Source: an uncultured Clostridium sp.
GTDB taxonomy: Bacteria; Bacillota_I; Bacilli_A; RF39; UBA660
Length of the DNA stretch: 64,000 nucleotides
Direction of reading: 5' to 3'
Assembly: GCA_902493795.1 (NCBI GenBank)
Contig: CABUQZ010000009.1
Location: 3,329 to 67,328, forward strand
The notes below the pieces were generated by a model. It was not told the DNA's origin and ran no database searches. It saw only the letters and a program-made list of their open reading frames with translations. A program made the position numbers and the translations under genes. Shown piece after piece: positions 28,407-38,683 of the stretch (within the stretch, counting starts at the first letter, position 1; each line of letters starts with the position of its first letter).

Positions 28407-28420
28407 AAGGGGAAATAAAA

Positions 28421-29296
28421 ATGATAGTAAATAGTTTTGAAGTAGAAAAAGATATAGATAAAGCAGAAAAAGTAATAACTTCATCTTTGGAAAAAAATAA
28501 TAAAAGCTTTGATAGTAATTCAGGAATATATTTATTTAGTAATGAAGATATGTCTGATAATGTTTATAGAAGAAACCTACAAGAAAAAAAGAATTTACTA
28601 TCAGTTATTGGATCAGGTGATCAAGTAATTAACTCTATTTTATTTGGAAGTGAAAATATAAAAGCATTTGATATAAGTAATTTTCCAAAATATTTACTTC
28701 TTCTTAAACTAGGAGCAATAAAAAGTCTTACAAAAGAAGAATTTATGTCTTTCTTTGTAACAGAATCTAATGAAAAAGAATTATTAACTCTATTTAAAAA
28801 AATAGCAAATAATTTAGATGAAGATACACTAAGGTTTTGGTATTATTTAATTTCTAATTTTGGTATAGAACTAATAAGAGATTCCGAGTTGATAAAAAAA
28901 GTAAGAATGGAATATATGAATCCTTTTCAAAATCCTTATTTAATTGATAGGAATTCATTTGAAATAATAAGAGAAAGACTACAAGATGTAAAATTATCTC
29001 TTTTTGATGAGGACATTTATTCTCTTATAAAAAAAGAAAATAAAAAAGAGAAATTTGATCTTGCAAATTTATCCAATATAACAAGTTACAATAGAAGAAA
29101 GGATAATTTAGAGTTACTTGAAAGTATTCCACTAAGTGAAGAAGGCTATATCTTAAATTATTTTTTTTACAATGGATATAGACCAAAAATCATAGGATCA
29201 AAACCATGTCCAAGCCTATCAAATGAAAATATTGAAAGTACTATTTTTGACCTAGAAAATAAAAAAGGTGGATTAATACTTTCAAAAAGAAAATAA
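28421..29296 (+). CDS. DUF3419/BtaA-like SAM-fold protein, type A copy 2
   Basis: LLSVIGSGDQVINS, FPKYLLLLKLGAIKSLTKEEFMSFF, and FDLANLSNI. C-terminus LSKRK. Most similar to 26623..27531. Confidence 0.55.
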   Translation: MIVNSFEVEKDIDKAEKVITSSLEKNNKSFDSNSGIYLFSNEDMSDNVYRRNLQEKKNLLSVIGSGDQVINSILFGSENIKAFDISNFPKYLLLLKLGAIKSLTKEEFMSFFVTESNEKELLTLFKKIANNLDEDTLRFWYYLISNFGIELIRDSELIKKVRMEYMNPFQNPYLIDRNSFEIIRERLQDVKLSLFDEDIYSLIKKENKKEKFDLANLSNITSYNRRKDNLELLESIPLSEEGYILNYFFYNGYRPKIIGSKPCPSLSNENIESTIFDLENKKGGLILSKRK

Positions 29297-29312
29297 GAAA
29301 GAAGATGATAAA

Positions 29313-30176
29313 ATGAAAGATATAAGAAAAGATATAGATGAAGCAGAAAAATTAATAGAAGGAGCTCTATACAATCCATTTAAACCATTTTCTAGTCACT
29401 CATCAATTTATTCTTTTACTAATGAAAAAGCAAACAGCGAAATCTACAAAAAGACACTAGAAAATAAAGAAAAAATATTAACAATAGTAGGTTCAGGAGA
29501 TCAAATCCTTAATTCCATATTACTAGGAAGTAAAGATATAACGGCAACTGATATTTCTAATTTTACAGAGTATTATTTTAATTTAAAGTTAAAAGCAGTA
29601 AAAGCGTTAACATACGAAGAATATTTAGAGTTTTTCGACTTGAAAAGTAGAAAATGTTTTAGAAAAGATTTATACGAAAAAATATTGCCATTTTTAGATA
29701 GAGAAACTGCTTACTTTTGGAGTGTTTTATTTAGTTCTCATAAAACTACAAAGATAAGAAAATCTGATTTTTTTATGCCTGAAAACAATAGCTTTTTTAA
29801 GTCTATAAATATTAAAGATTATATTAAAAACAACCCTTATTTATCATCTCCTGATAATTATAAAAAACTAAAATCAAAAATAAATGATGTAAATATTAAT
29901 ATAATAATTGGAAATATTTTCGCTCTAATTGGTACATTAAGAAATGGTTATGATTTAGTGAATGCTTCCAATATAATGGATTATCATCATGGAAGTGAAT
30001 ATTTGTTCTTTCTAGAGCAATGCGACTTAAAAGAAGATGGAGTAATACTAGGATACTCAATGGCACGTGGAATAAATGCTGATAATTTAGAAAGAGCCTA
30101 TACAAATGGAATAGTGTTATCAGAAGGTCATCAATTAGATAAAAAACATAAGTTACTATTAACAAGAAAAAGATAA
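29313..30176 (+). CDS. DUF3419/BtaA-like SAM-fold protein, type B copy 2
   Basis: ILTIVGSGDQILNS and FTEYYFNLKLKAVKALTYEEYLEFF. C-terminus LTRKR. Most similar to 27519..28406. Confidence 0.55.
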   Translation: MKDIRKDIDEAEKLIEGALYNPFKPFSSHSSIYSFTNEKANSEIYKKTLENKEKILTIVGSGDQILNSILLGSKDITATDISNFTEYYFNLKLKAVKALTYEEYLEFFDLKSRKCFRKDLYEKILPFLDRETAYFWSVLFSSHKTTKIRKSDFFMPENNSFFKSINIKDYIKNNPYLSSPDNYKKLKSKINDVNINIIIGNIFALIGTLRNGYDLVNASNIMDYHHGSEYLFFLEQCDLKEDGVILGYSMARGINADNLERAYTNGIVLSEGHQLDKKHKLLLTRKR

Positions 30177-30187
30177 ATAATTTTAAG

Positions 30188-30210
30188 AGTACACGAAAGT
30201 GTATTTTTTT
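30188..30210 (+). terminator. Rho-independent terminator closing the four-gene block
   Basis: Stem gtacac, loop gaaa, stem gtgtat, followed by ttttttt. Confidence 0.6.
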
Positions 30211-30370
30211 AATAAGGAATTTTCTCGTAAAATTATAAAGCTAATAATACTAACTTTGTATTAAGTTATTTAAAAAAATAATAAGAGAAATATCGTTATA
30301 AATTTTTACTAAAAGTATTTAAAAATAGATATTAATTTGGTAAAATGTTATCTGTATGAGAGGTGTTAAA

Positions 30371-31117
30371 ATGAAAAAATATGTAATGAGTTTTTTTGTG
30401 ATAATTCTAGTATTATTTTTAACTGGATGTGGTTCATCTAATAGTGATTTAGGATTAAAAGACGATAAAGATAAACCAAATCCACCTGTTGCTAATAAAG
30501 AAATAGTTAAAATAGTTAAAGGTTATGAAGAAGGTAATGATGAAGCTATTGTCAAACTAGAAAATGATAATAAGTATTATGTTGTTGATGATAAAATATT
30601 ATATAGCTTTGAAGAAAAAGAAGAAAATGAGAACTTTTTTAAGATTAGAGATAAATATTTAGTAGTTTATAAAATTAGTAAAAAAGAAAGAGTTAATTAT
30701 ATCTTAAATCTTGAAACTGGTAAAAAGATTTATGAAGGAACAGATATCTTAGAGTATATTGATATAACAGAAGATGGTTATGTCTTAGTAAAAGAAATAA
30801 AAGAGGAATTATCAGGAACAACTTATAAATATAAGATAGTTGATAAAAATGGTAAGGAAACTTGGAGAGATGATGATTCTTATTATAATGCAAATATGTT
30901 TAAAGCAATTTATAAGAATGTTGTAGTTTATAGTGATATTAGTTATAACACATTTAAAATAATTGATGCAGTAAGTGGTAAAGAAACAGATTTTGGACTT
31001 ACTGGACATAATTCTTATTTTGAGTATCATGTTTATGGTGATGATATATTGATGGGTATTTCAGCTAATAATGATAAATATCGTATCTATAAAGTTTCTG
31101 AAAAACACAATGATTAA
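30371..31117 (+). CDS. Lipoprotein, unknown function
   Basis: Signal peptide with lipobox (FFVIILVLFLTGCGSS). RBS gagaggtg before the ATG at 30371. Confidence 0.7.
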   Translation: MKKYVMSFFVIILVLFLTGCGSSNSDLGLKDDKDKPNPPVANKEIVKIVKGYEEGNDEAIVKLENDNKYYVVDDKILYSFEEKEENENFFKIRDKYLVVYKISKKERVNYILNLETGKKIYEGTDILEYIDITEDGYVLVKEIKEELSGTTYKYKIVDKNGKETWRDDDSYYNANMFKAIYKNVVVYSDISYNTFKIIDAVSGKETDFGLTGHNSYFEYHVYGDDILMGISANNDKYRIYKVSEKHND

Positions 31118-31604
31118 TACGAAATTGAGTCATGTAAAGAAATTGTTAGATGATAAAAGAGTTTATGCAGAACCTTTATGGGAAACACCTGGTATTTATA
31201 ATTATGAAGATCAAAAATTACTTAAGGGATTTGACGAAGGCGGAATAGTACATTTTGCTGAATATAATGATAAATACTATATTATTAGTCAAACTAATTT
31301 CTATTATGTAATCGATGATAATTATAATTATGTTAAAGAACCAGTTAAGTTACCAGATGATATGACATATAATAGCGTTGAATTTAAAGAATTTGGTATG
31401 GTTATTAAGAAGGGTGCTGCAACTGGTACTATTAATTATGTTACTTACGAAGATATTCTTAAGGAAGATAATTTTTTAGATAAGAAAAAAACAGTTGAAG
31501 GTAAATTGGATGGTACAAATAAAGAATATGGTTTCTTAGGAAAAGATGGTAAATATAAATTAGTTGAAATGAATACTTTAAAAGAAGTTAAATTAAGTAA
31601 ATAA
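31110..31604 (+). CDS. Hypothetical protein, translationally coupled to the lipoprotein gene
   Basis: The ATG at 31110 overlaps the upstream stop (atgattaa). Shares the NDKYY(V/I)..D motif with the upstream product. Confidence 0.5.
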   Translation: MINTKLSHVKKLLDDKRVYAEPLWETPGIYNYEDQKLLKGFDEGGIVHFAEYNDKYYIISQTNFYYVIDDNYNYVKEPVKLPDDMTYNSVEFKEFGMVIKKGAATGTINYVTYEDILKEDNFLDKKKTVEGKLDGTNKEYGFLGKDGKYKLVEMNTLKEVKLSK

Positions 31605-31615
31605 TAGAAAATTGA

Positions 31616-31648
31616 GAATTAAGATAAAAATCTTAGTTCTTTTTTTTA
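31616..31648 (+). terminator. Rho-independent terminator
   Basis: Stem gaattaagat, loop aaaa, stem atcttagttc, followed by tttttttt. Confidence 0.7.
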
Positions 31649-31789
31649 GAAAAAATGAAACACTCAAGGTACATATCAATTAATTAGAAAAAATTAAGAG
31701 ATGACGTTAAAAAAAAATAAAAGTTTTCAATATTTAATCATTTGTTTTAAAAACACTTTGTTATGATATAATAATAACTGGTGATATAA

Positions 31790-34417
31790 ATGGAAAAAGT
31801 TATACTTATTGATGGAAACAATATTTTATTTAGGAGTTATTATGCAACTGCCTATAACGGAAATACTATGAAAAATTCTAAAGGGTTCCCAACTAATGCT
31901 TTGTATGGTCTTGTAAACATGATGAATAAAATTATCGAAGAAGAAAAACCAACTTATATAATGTGCGCTTTTGATAAAGGAAAAACATTTAGACATGAAA
32001 AATATGAAGACTACAAAGGTGGAAGAATAGAAACTCCAGATGAATTAAAATTGCAGTTTCCTGTAGCAAGAGAACTTGTTGAAGCAATGGGAATTAATTA
32101 TTTTGAAATAGATAATTATGAAGCTGATGATATTATTGGAACATTTGCAAAAAAGTGTAATAACAACAAAGATTTTGACGCAGTAATAATTAGTAGTGAT
32201 AAAGACTTACTTCAATTAATAACTGATGAAGTAGAAGTAAAACTATTAAAGCAAGTTGGAAATGTTCGTATGACTCATCAAGAGTTTGTTAACACTTATG
32301 GAATTGAACCACCTAGAATGGTTGATTTAAAAGCTCTTATGGGAGATTCATCAGATAATATTCCAGGAGTAAAAGGAATAGGAGAGAAGACTGCTTTAAA
32401 CTTATTACACGAATATACTACACTTGATAACCTATATGAAAATATAGAGACAGTAAAAGGAAAAGTAAAAGATAAACTAATAGAAGGAAAAGAATCTGCT
32501 TATAAAAGTTATGATCTTGCAACAATTTATACAGAAGTACCAATAGACACTGACTTTGAAAAAATAAGATACAAGGGATATAATACTTTAAAATTCATTG
32601 AAATGTTAGAAAACTTAGAGTTTTACTCTCTTCTTAAAAAGTTAAATATTAAAAAAGATGATACAAAAGAAGAAATAGAGAAAACTAAAACTGAAAATTT
32701 AGAAATAAAAGTAATAGATGATATTGATGATTTCAAGCCAGTTGGAAATTATTCAATTTATTTAGAATTACTTGGATATAACTACCATACTGCTAAACCT
32801 TTAGGAATAGCTATTTACGATGGAAAAACAAATTACTACATACCATTTGAAAAAGTAGTAGAAAATGGTGAGATTCTGTTAGAAAATGATAAAGAAAAAT
32901 ATACATATGACCTAAAGAAACTTTTAGTAGTACTTAAATACAATAATTTAACAATTAATAACTGTAACTATGACGCTATGATAGCAGGATATCTTTTAAA
33001 TTATAACGTTAAAGATGATATATCATATGTAATGAAAAATAACGGCTACGATGTAATGTTTTACGAAGAGGAGTTTGGTTCTCTTGCAAAACTTCATATG
33101 CCACCTGATAATACAGTAATTGAAAATGCCTGTAAAAAAGCAAAATACATATATGAATCAAAAGATGATTATCTAAAAGAAATAGACACAGAAGATGAAA
33201 AATATTTATTTAATGATATAGAAATGCCTCTTGCAACAGTTCTTGCAGATATGGAGTACACTGGAATAAATGTTAGCAAAGACTATCTTTTAGAAATGGG
33301 TAAAGAAATTGATGAAAAACTATCTTTATTAGAAAAAGAAATCTATGACCTTGCTGGAACAGAGTTCAACATAATGTCTCCAAAACAACTAGGAGATGTG
33401 TTGTTTGTCAAAATGGAGCTTCCATATCCTAAGAAAGTAAAAGATAATAGCTATTCAACAAGTAAAGATATTTTAGATAAAGTAGCTCCATACAGCCCAA
33501 TAATCGAGAAAATACTAGATTACAGAATGCTTTCTAAATTAAAAAATAATTATATCGATGGACTGATTGGTGAGATAAGACCTGATGGAAAAATACATAC
33601 GATGTTTAATCAAACCCTAACTAGAACAGGACGCCTTTCATCATCAAACCCTAACTTACAAAATATTCCTGCAAGACTAGAGTATGGTAAGTTAATAAGA
33701 AAAGCTTTTTATCCAGAGAAAAACTCTATAATATTATCAAGCGACTATTCTCAAATCGAATTGAGAATTTTTGCAGCACTTTCAAAAGCAGATAACTTAA
33801 TTGAAGCTTTTAAAGAAGGAAAAGATATCCATGCTAAAACAGCAAGTGATATATTTGGGGTTAGAATAGAAGAAGTAACAAAAGATCAAAGAAGACAAGC
33901 TAAAGCAGTAAACTTTGGAATACTTTATGGAATAAGTAGCTTTGGACTTTCTGAAGACTTAAATATCGATGTTTATAAAGCTAAAAAGTTTATTGATAAT
34001 TACCTAGAAACTTATCCAAGAATTAAAGAGTATATGAAAGAAGTACTAGAAAAAGCTCATAAAGATGGCTTTGTTACAACAATAATGAATAGAAAAAGAG
34101 TAATTGAAGAGCTAAATAACAAAAATTATATGATAAGATCAAGTGGAGAAAGAATGGCTCTTAATACTCCAATTCAAGGAAGTAGTGCAGATATTCTAAA
34201 AAAAGCCATGGTTGAAATTTATGAAGAATTTGAAAAAAGAAATCTAAAAAGTAAAATGCTTATTCAAGTTCACGATGAACTAGTATTTAACGTTTTAGAA
34301 AGTGAAGAAGCTGAAGTAGAAGAAATAGTAAAAGACATCATGGAAAATACGTACAAATTAAGTGTTCCTTTAATTGTAGATATCAATAAAGGAAAAGATT
34401 GGTACGATGCAAAATAA
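31790..34417 (+). CDS. polA: DNA polymerase I
   Basis: 5'-nuclease domain (LIDGNNILFRSYYA), and polymerase motifs DYSQIELR, RRQAKAVNFGILYG and QVHDELVF. Confidence 0.95.
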   Translation: MEKVILIDGNNILFRSYYATAYNGNTMKNSKGFPTNALYGLVNMMNKIIEEEKPTYIMCAFDKGKTFRHEKYEDYKGGRIETPDELKLQFPVARELVEAMGINYFEIDNYEADDIIGTFAKKCNNNKDFDAVIISSDKDLLQLITDEVEVKLLKQVGNVRMTHQEFVNTYGIEPPRMVDLKALMGDSSDNIPGVKGIGEKTALNLLHEYTTLDNLYENIETVKGKVKDKLIEGKESAYKSYDLATIYTEVPIDTDFEKIRYKGYNTLKFIEMLENLEFYSLLKKLNIKKDDTKEEIEKTKTENLEIKVIDDIDDFKPVGNYSIYLELLGYNYHTAKPLGIAIYDGKTNYYIPFEKVVENGEILLENDKEKYTYDLKKLLVVLKYNNLTINNCNYDAMIAGYLLNYNVKDDISYVMKNNGYDVMFYEEEFGSLAKLHMPPDNTVIENACKKAKYIYESKDDYLKEIDTEDEKYLFNDIEMPLATVLADMEYTGINVSKDYLLEMGKEIDEKLSLLEKEIYDLAGTEFNIMSPKQLGDVLFVKMELPYPKKVKDNSYSTSKDILDKVAPYSPIIEKILDYRMLSKLKNNYIDGLIGEIRPDGKIHTMFNQTLTRTGRLSSSNPNLQNIPARLEYGKLIRKAFYPEKNSIILSSDYSQIELRIFAALSKADNLIEAFKEGKDIHAKTASDIFGVRIEEVTKDQRRQAKAVNFGILYGISSFGLSEDLNIDVYKAKKFIDNYLETYPRIKEYMKEVLEKAHKDGFVTTIMNRKRVIEELNNKNYMIRSSGERMALNTPIQGSSADILKKAMVEIYEEFEKRNLKSKMLIQVHDELVFNVLESEEAEVEEIVKDIMENTYKLSVPLIVDINKGKDWYDAK

Positions 34418-34435
34418 TTAAGTAGGTGAAGTAGT

Positions 34436-35257
34436 ATGCCAGAAAAACCAGAAGTAATAACAGTAGCAAAAAAACTAGAAAAGAAATTATTAGAAAGAAA
34501 AATACTAAATGTAGAAGTCTATCACGATAATATGATTGATTATCCAACAGTAGACTTATTTAAGAAAAATATAGAAAATGAAACAATACATGAGATAACA
34601 ACACGTGGGAAATGGATTGTTCTTTCTCTTGATCACTACTATTTGCTTTTTCACCTAAGAATGGAAGGAAAGTTCTTTTTTAGAACTAAAGATGTTCCTA
34701 AAGATAAGCATGAACATGTTATATTTAATATGGATAACGAAGAACAACTTCGTTTTGCAGACGTAAGAAAATTTGGTAAAGTAATGCTTATCGAAAAAGA
34801 TAAAATATATAGTATGAAACCTTATACAGAACTAGGGTTAGAGCCATGGGATGAAAATCTCACTTCTCTTTATTTAAAAGAAAAGTATTCTAAAAAATCT
34901 CTTCCTATTAAAAGTGTTTTACTTGATCAATCAATAATTACAGGTATTGGAAATATATATGCTGACGAGATATTGTTTTTATCTAACATCAATCCATTAA
35001 CTAAAGCTAAAGATTTAACAGACGAAAATAGAAAAAGTATAATAGAAAACACCATTAAAGTGCTTGATGAAGCAATAAAAAAAGGTGGAACAACAATTAG
35101 AAGTTACACATCTGAAGAAGGAGTAACTGGTCTTTTTCAAAATGATTTGTATGTTCATGAAAGAGCCAAAGAGCCTTGTAGAAAATGTAAAACAGAAATA
35201 ATCAAAATAAAAGTAGGGGGAAGAGGTACATATTATTGTCCCAACTGTCAAAAATAA
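34436..35257 (+). CDS. mutM: Formamidopyrimidine-DNA glycosylase
   Basis: N-terminal MPEKPEV (catalytic Pro2/Glu3), H2TH region, and C-terminal zinc finger CRKC...CPNCQ. Follows polA as in Bacillus. Confidence 0.9.
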   Translation: MPEKPEVITVAKKLEKKLLERKILNVEVYHDNMIDYPTVDLFKKNIENETIHEITTRGKWIVLSLDHYYLLFHLRMEGKFFFRTKDVPKDKHEHVIFNMDNEEQLRFADVRKFGKVMLIEKDKIYSMKPYTELGLEPWDENLTSLYLKEKYSKKSLPIKSVLLDQSIITGIGNIYADEILFLSNINPLTKAKDLTDENRKSIIENTIKVLDEAIKKGGTTIRSYTSEEGVTGLFQNDLYVHERAKEPCRKCKTEIIKIKVGGRGTYYCPNCQK

Positions 35258-35270
35258 AGAGCCTGATATT

Positions 35271-36122
35271 TCAAGCTCTTTTTTCTTTTATTACTCTTTC
35301 TAATATATGTTCTGCTATTTCTTTAGTCTTATTATCTTTATCGAGTAATGGATTAAATTCTACTAGATCAAAAGATGTAATTAACTCTTTTCTTTTTAAT
35401 AACTCTTCTAAAATTTCAAATGCTTCTTCTTTGTTTATTCCACAAGATGCCTTAACGCTAACACCAGGTGCTATAACAGGGTCAATAACATCAAGGTCAT
35501 AACTAATGTGCACCCCACGAAGCCCAGAAACAATTTGAAAAGCTTTATCAATTATTTCTTTTACTCCGTATTTTTTAATATCCTCAGTTGTAAAAACAGT
35601 AACCCCAGCTTTTTCTAAATTAATGTATTCAGCATCTTCAATATCTCTTCCACCAATAAGAACAGTCTTCTTAGGATCAAAATAGCTATCATCATAAAAT
35701 GATGTTAAATAATTTCCATTTTGAAAAGATACACTAGCAAATGGCATTCCATGAAGGTTACCAGAAATAGTTGAATCCATATTGTGATAATCAGAGTGGG
35801 CATCAATCCAAAAAAGTCCAATGTTCTTGTATTTCTTTTTAGCACCCAAAGAAGACCCAATTGCTATCGCATGATCTCCTCCAATAGTAACTACAAAGTC
35901 ATTAGTATTAACAATTTTTTCATATAACTCTTTGTTAAACTTATTAACATACTTAATGTTTCTTTTTTTGTTTCCACTTTCAACTTCTTTTTTTACATCA
36001 TCTTTTTTCAAAACGATAACGCTATCAACTTCGTTATCATACTTATTTAATTCTAATGGTCCTAATTCACTTCCAGAGATATGTACCCCTAAATCAGAAC
36101 AAGCTTTTACAAATGTAGTCAT
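35271..36122 (-). CDS. Arginase-family ureohydrolase (arginase/agmatinase/formiminoglutamase type)
   Basis: Mn-binding motifs GGDHAIAIGS, IDAHSDYH and SYDLDVIDP. GGAGG RBS before the ATG at 36122 (MTTFVKA...). Confidence 0.85.
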   Translation of the reverse strand: MTTFVKACSDLGVHISGSELGPLELNKYDNEVDSVIVLKKDDVKKEVESGNKKRNIKYVNKFNKELYEKIVNTNDFVVTIGGDHAIAIGSSLGAKKKYKNIGLFWIDAHSDYHNMDSTISGNLHGMPFASVSFQNGNYLTSFYDDSYFDPKKTVLIGGRDIEDAEYINLEKAGVTVFTTEDIKKYGVKEIIDKAFQIVSGLRGVHISYDLDVIDPVIAPGVSVKASCGINKEEAFEILEELLKRKELITSFDLVEFNPLLDKDNKTKEIAEHILERVIKEKRA

Positions 36123-36227
36123 AAATACCTCCAAAATAACTATAATATAAACAAATAAATAATTCAATGCTTTTAAGTTGTTTAATTTTTTTTGAAAATA
36201 ATGTATACTCTTATTAAGAGGTTAAAT

Positions 36228-37673
36228 ATGAAAAAGCTAAATGAATTATATAAATGTGATTATGATGTAGAAGTAGAAGGTATAAAAATCAATTCGCAAG
36301 AAGTTGTTAAAAATGATTTGTTCATATGCACAAAAGGTGTAACAACAGATAGACACGACTTTGTAGATGACGCTATAAGACATGGTGCAAGTGCTATTGT
36401 AGCAAGTAAAAAAATTGATGTAGATGTACCTGTAATATATGTTGAAGATACAAATCAAGAACTAGCACCATTATGTGCGAGATTTTATGATCATCCTGAA
36501 GAAGAAATTAAAATATATGGAGTAACAGGAACAGATGGTAAAACAAGTACAACGACAATTGTTCAATATCTTTTAGGAAAAGAAAATTGTGGTTATATTG
36601 GAACTAATGGAAGAAGCTGTTCTAAGTTTGATAAAGATACAAATAATACAACACCAGACTCAGATAAACTTTATGAGTATTTTAGAGATTTTTTAGATTC
36701 TGGATGTAAAGAAGTAGCAATGGAAGCATCAAGTGAAGCTTTCTTTAGAAAAAGAATTGAATTATTATCTTTTGATGTTGGAGCAATCACCAATATAACA
36801 AGAGAACACTTAAACATTCATGGCTCTTTTGAAAATTATATAGAATGTAAGTGCCAACTTTTCAAACAAGTAAAAAAAGATGGGTATTCAATTCTAAATA
36901 AAGATGATGAATTTTATGAAACAGTAAGAAAGTCATGCGTATCTAAGCATATTTGGACTTATGGAAAAGAAAAAGATAATGATTTAGTAATTGCAGACTA
37001 CAAAATTAACCCAAATAAAACAGATATTATCTTTAATATTCAAGGAGTAGATTATAATATCGAAAGTCCATTATTAGGAGAATTTAATGTCTATAATTTA
37101 GCCTGTGCTATTTTAGTTTGTTTAGCAAGTGGAAAAACGATGGAAGAGCTTATCCCAAATATTAAAAATATAGCTGTTAAAGGAAGAATAGACGTATTAC
37201 CAAATGTAGGTCAAAACTTTACTGTAATGGTTGATTATGCTCATACTCCAAATGGAATAAAAAATATTTTAAAATTTGTTCATACACTTAATGTCAACAG
37301 AAGTATCGTAGTAATTGGTTCAGCAGGAGAAAGAGACTTCTTAAAAAGACCACTTATGGGAAAAACAGTAGTTGAAAACGCAAGTTATGCAGTGTTTACC
37401 TATGAAGATCCAAGAAGCGAAGACCCAGAAAATATTATTAAAATGATGACTTCTGAAATAGAAGATAAATCAAAATATGAAGTAGTAGTAGATAGAAGTA
37501 AAGCAATAGAAAGAGCTATTAATCTAGCAAGAGAAAACGATATTGTCTTGATTCTTGGAAAAGGAAACGAAACTTACGAAAAACTAAAAAATAAAACAAT
37601 ATATTTTAATGATGAAGAAGAAGCTATGAAAGCTTTAAAGAAAAGATATACAAAAGAAAAAGTGACACAATAA
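36228..37673 (+). CDS. murE: UDP-MurNAc-L-Ala-D-Glu--(meso-DAP or L-Lys) ligase MurE
   Basis: GVTGTDGKTST P-loop and DYAHTPNG. AAGAGG RBS before the ATG at 36228. The amino-acid specificity motif reads YEDPRSEDP, so the substrate is not resolved. Confidence 0.9.
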   Translation: MKKLNELYKCDYDVEVEGIKINSQEVVKNDLFICTKGVTTDRHDFVDDAIRHGASAIVASKKIDVDVPVIYVEDTNQELAPLCARFYDHPEEEIKIYGVTGTDGKTSTTTIVQYLLGKENCGYIGTNGRSCSKFDKDTNNTTPDSDKLYEYFRDFLDSGCKEVAMEASSEAFFRKRIELLSFDVGAITNITREHLNIHGSFENYIECKCQLFKQVKKDGYSILNKDDEFYETVRKSCVSKHIWTYGKEKDNDLVIADYKINPNKTDIIFNIQGVDYNIESPLLGEFNVYNLACAILVCLASGKTMEELIPNIKNIAVKGRIDVLPNVGQNFTVMVDYAHTPNGIKNILKFVHTLNVNRSIVVIGSAGERDFLKRPLMGKTVVENASYAVFTYEDPRSEDPENIIKMMTSEIEDKSKYEVVVDRSKAIERAINLARENDIVLILGKGNETYEKLKNKTIYFNDEEEAMKALKKRYTKEKVTQ

Positions 37674-37690
37674 CATTAGTAGGTGAAAAT

Positions 37691-38557
37691 ATGGATGGTA
37701 TTTTAGTAATAGATAAACAAGAAGGCTATACAAGTAGAGACATAGTAAACATTGTTGGAAGTTTATTAAATACAAAAAAAGTAGGACATGCTGGAACACT
37801 TGACCCAATAGCAACAGGTGTTTTAGTAGTAGCAGTAGGTAGTGCCTTAAAAGTAATAGAATTTATAAATTACAATGATAAAGAGTATATTGCCAAAGTA
37901 AAGTTTGGAATAGAAACAAATACATTAGATATAACAGGTACAATTACTAAAAAACAAGATAACTATTTTGTTGATTCAAATAAATTAAATGATGTAGTTA
38001 ATAGCTTCAAAGGAAAATACCTTCAAGAAGTACCTCTTTATAGCTCTATCAAAGTAGCAGGAAAAAGATTATATAAATATGCAAGGGATAATGAAGAAGT
38101 AGAACTTCCAAAAAGAGAAGTAGAAATATATAGGATAGAAGTATTGGAAATAAATCATGAAGGATTCACATTTAAAGCAGAAGTAAGCAAAGGAACATAT
38201 ATTAGAAGCCTAATTCGTGATATTGGAGAAAAACTAGGTATTCCTTGTACAATGGAAGCTCTAAGAAGAACTAAACAGGGAGTATTCACTTTAGATGATG
38301 CGATTAAATTATCTAGTATAGAAAATAATGACTATAAGTTCCTTCCAATAGAAAAAGTATTAAGTAACTATCCAATTGTTGAAGTAGATGAAGAAAAAGA
38401 AAAAAAGATTATGAATGGAATAGTACTTTCAAATACTTATGAAAAAGATATCGTCGTATTTAAAAGTAAAAAAACAAAAGATATAATTGCAATCTACGAA
38501 AAATATGACAAAGACACATCCAAAATAAAACCTATTAAAGTATTAAAAAACAAATAA
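37691..38557 (+). CDS. truB: tRNA pseudouridine(55) synthase
   Basis: GHAGTLDPIATGVLVVAVG catalytic motif, and YSSIKVAGKRLYKYAR. Confidence 0.9.
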   Translation: MDGILVIDKQEGYTSRDIVNIVGSLLNTKKVGHAGTLDPIATGVLVVAVGSALKVIEFINYNDKEYIAKVKFGIETNTLDITGTITKKQDNYFVDSNKLNDVVNSFKGKYLQEVPLYSSIKVAGKRLYKYARDNEEVELPKREVEIYRIEVLEINHEGFTFKAEVSKGTYIRSLIRDIGEKLGIPCTMEALRRTKQGVFTLDDAIKLSSIENNDYKFLPIEKVLSNYPIVEVDEEKEKKIMNGIVLSNTYEKDIVVFKSKKTKDIIAIYEKYDKDTSKIKPIKVLKNK

Positions 38558-38683
38558 ATTGAATTAAAAGAGAGCTCTTCTCTTTTTTCTTTTTTAGGAA
38601 AATGATGAATATTAGTTTAATTAAAATATAACTTTTATGATGAGTAGTTTTATGATAGAATAATTTACATATGGGGGATTTTT

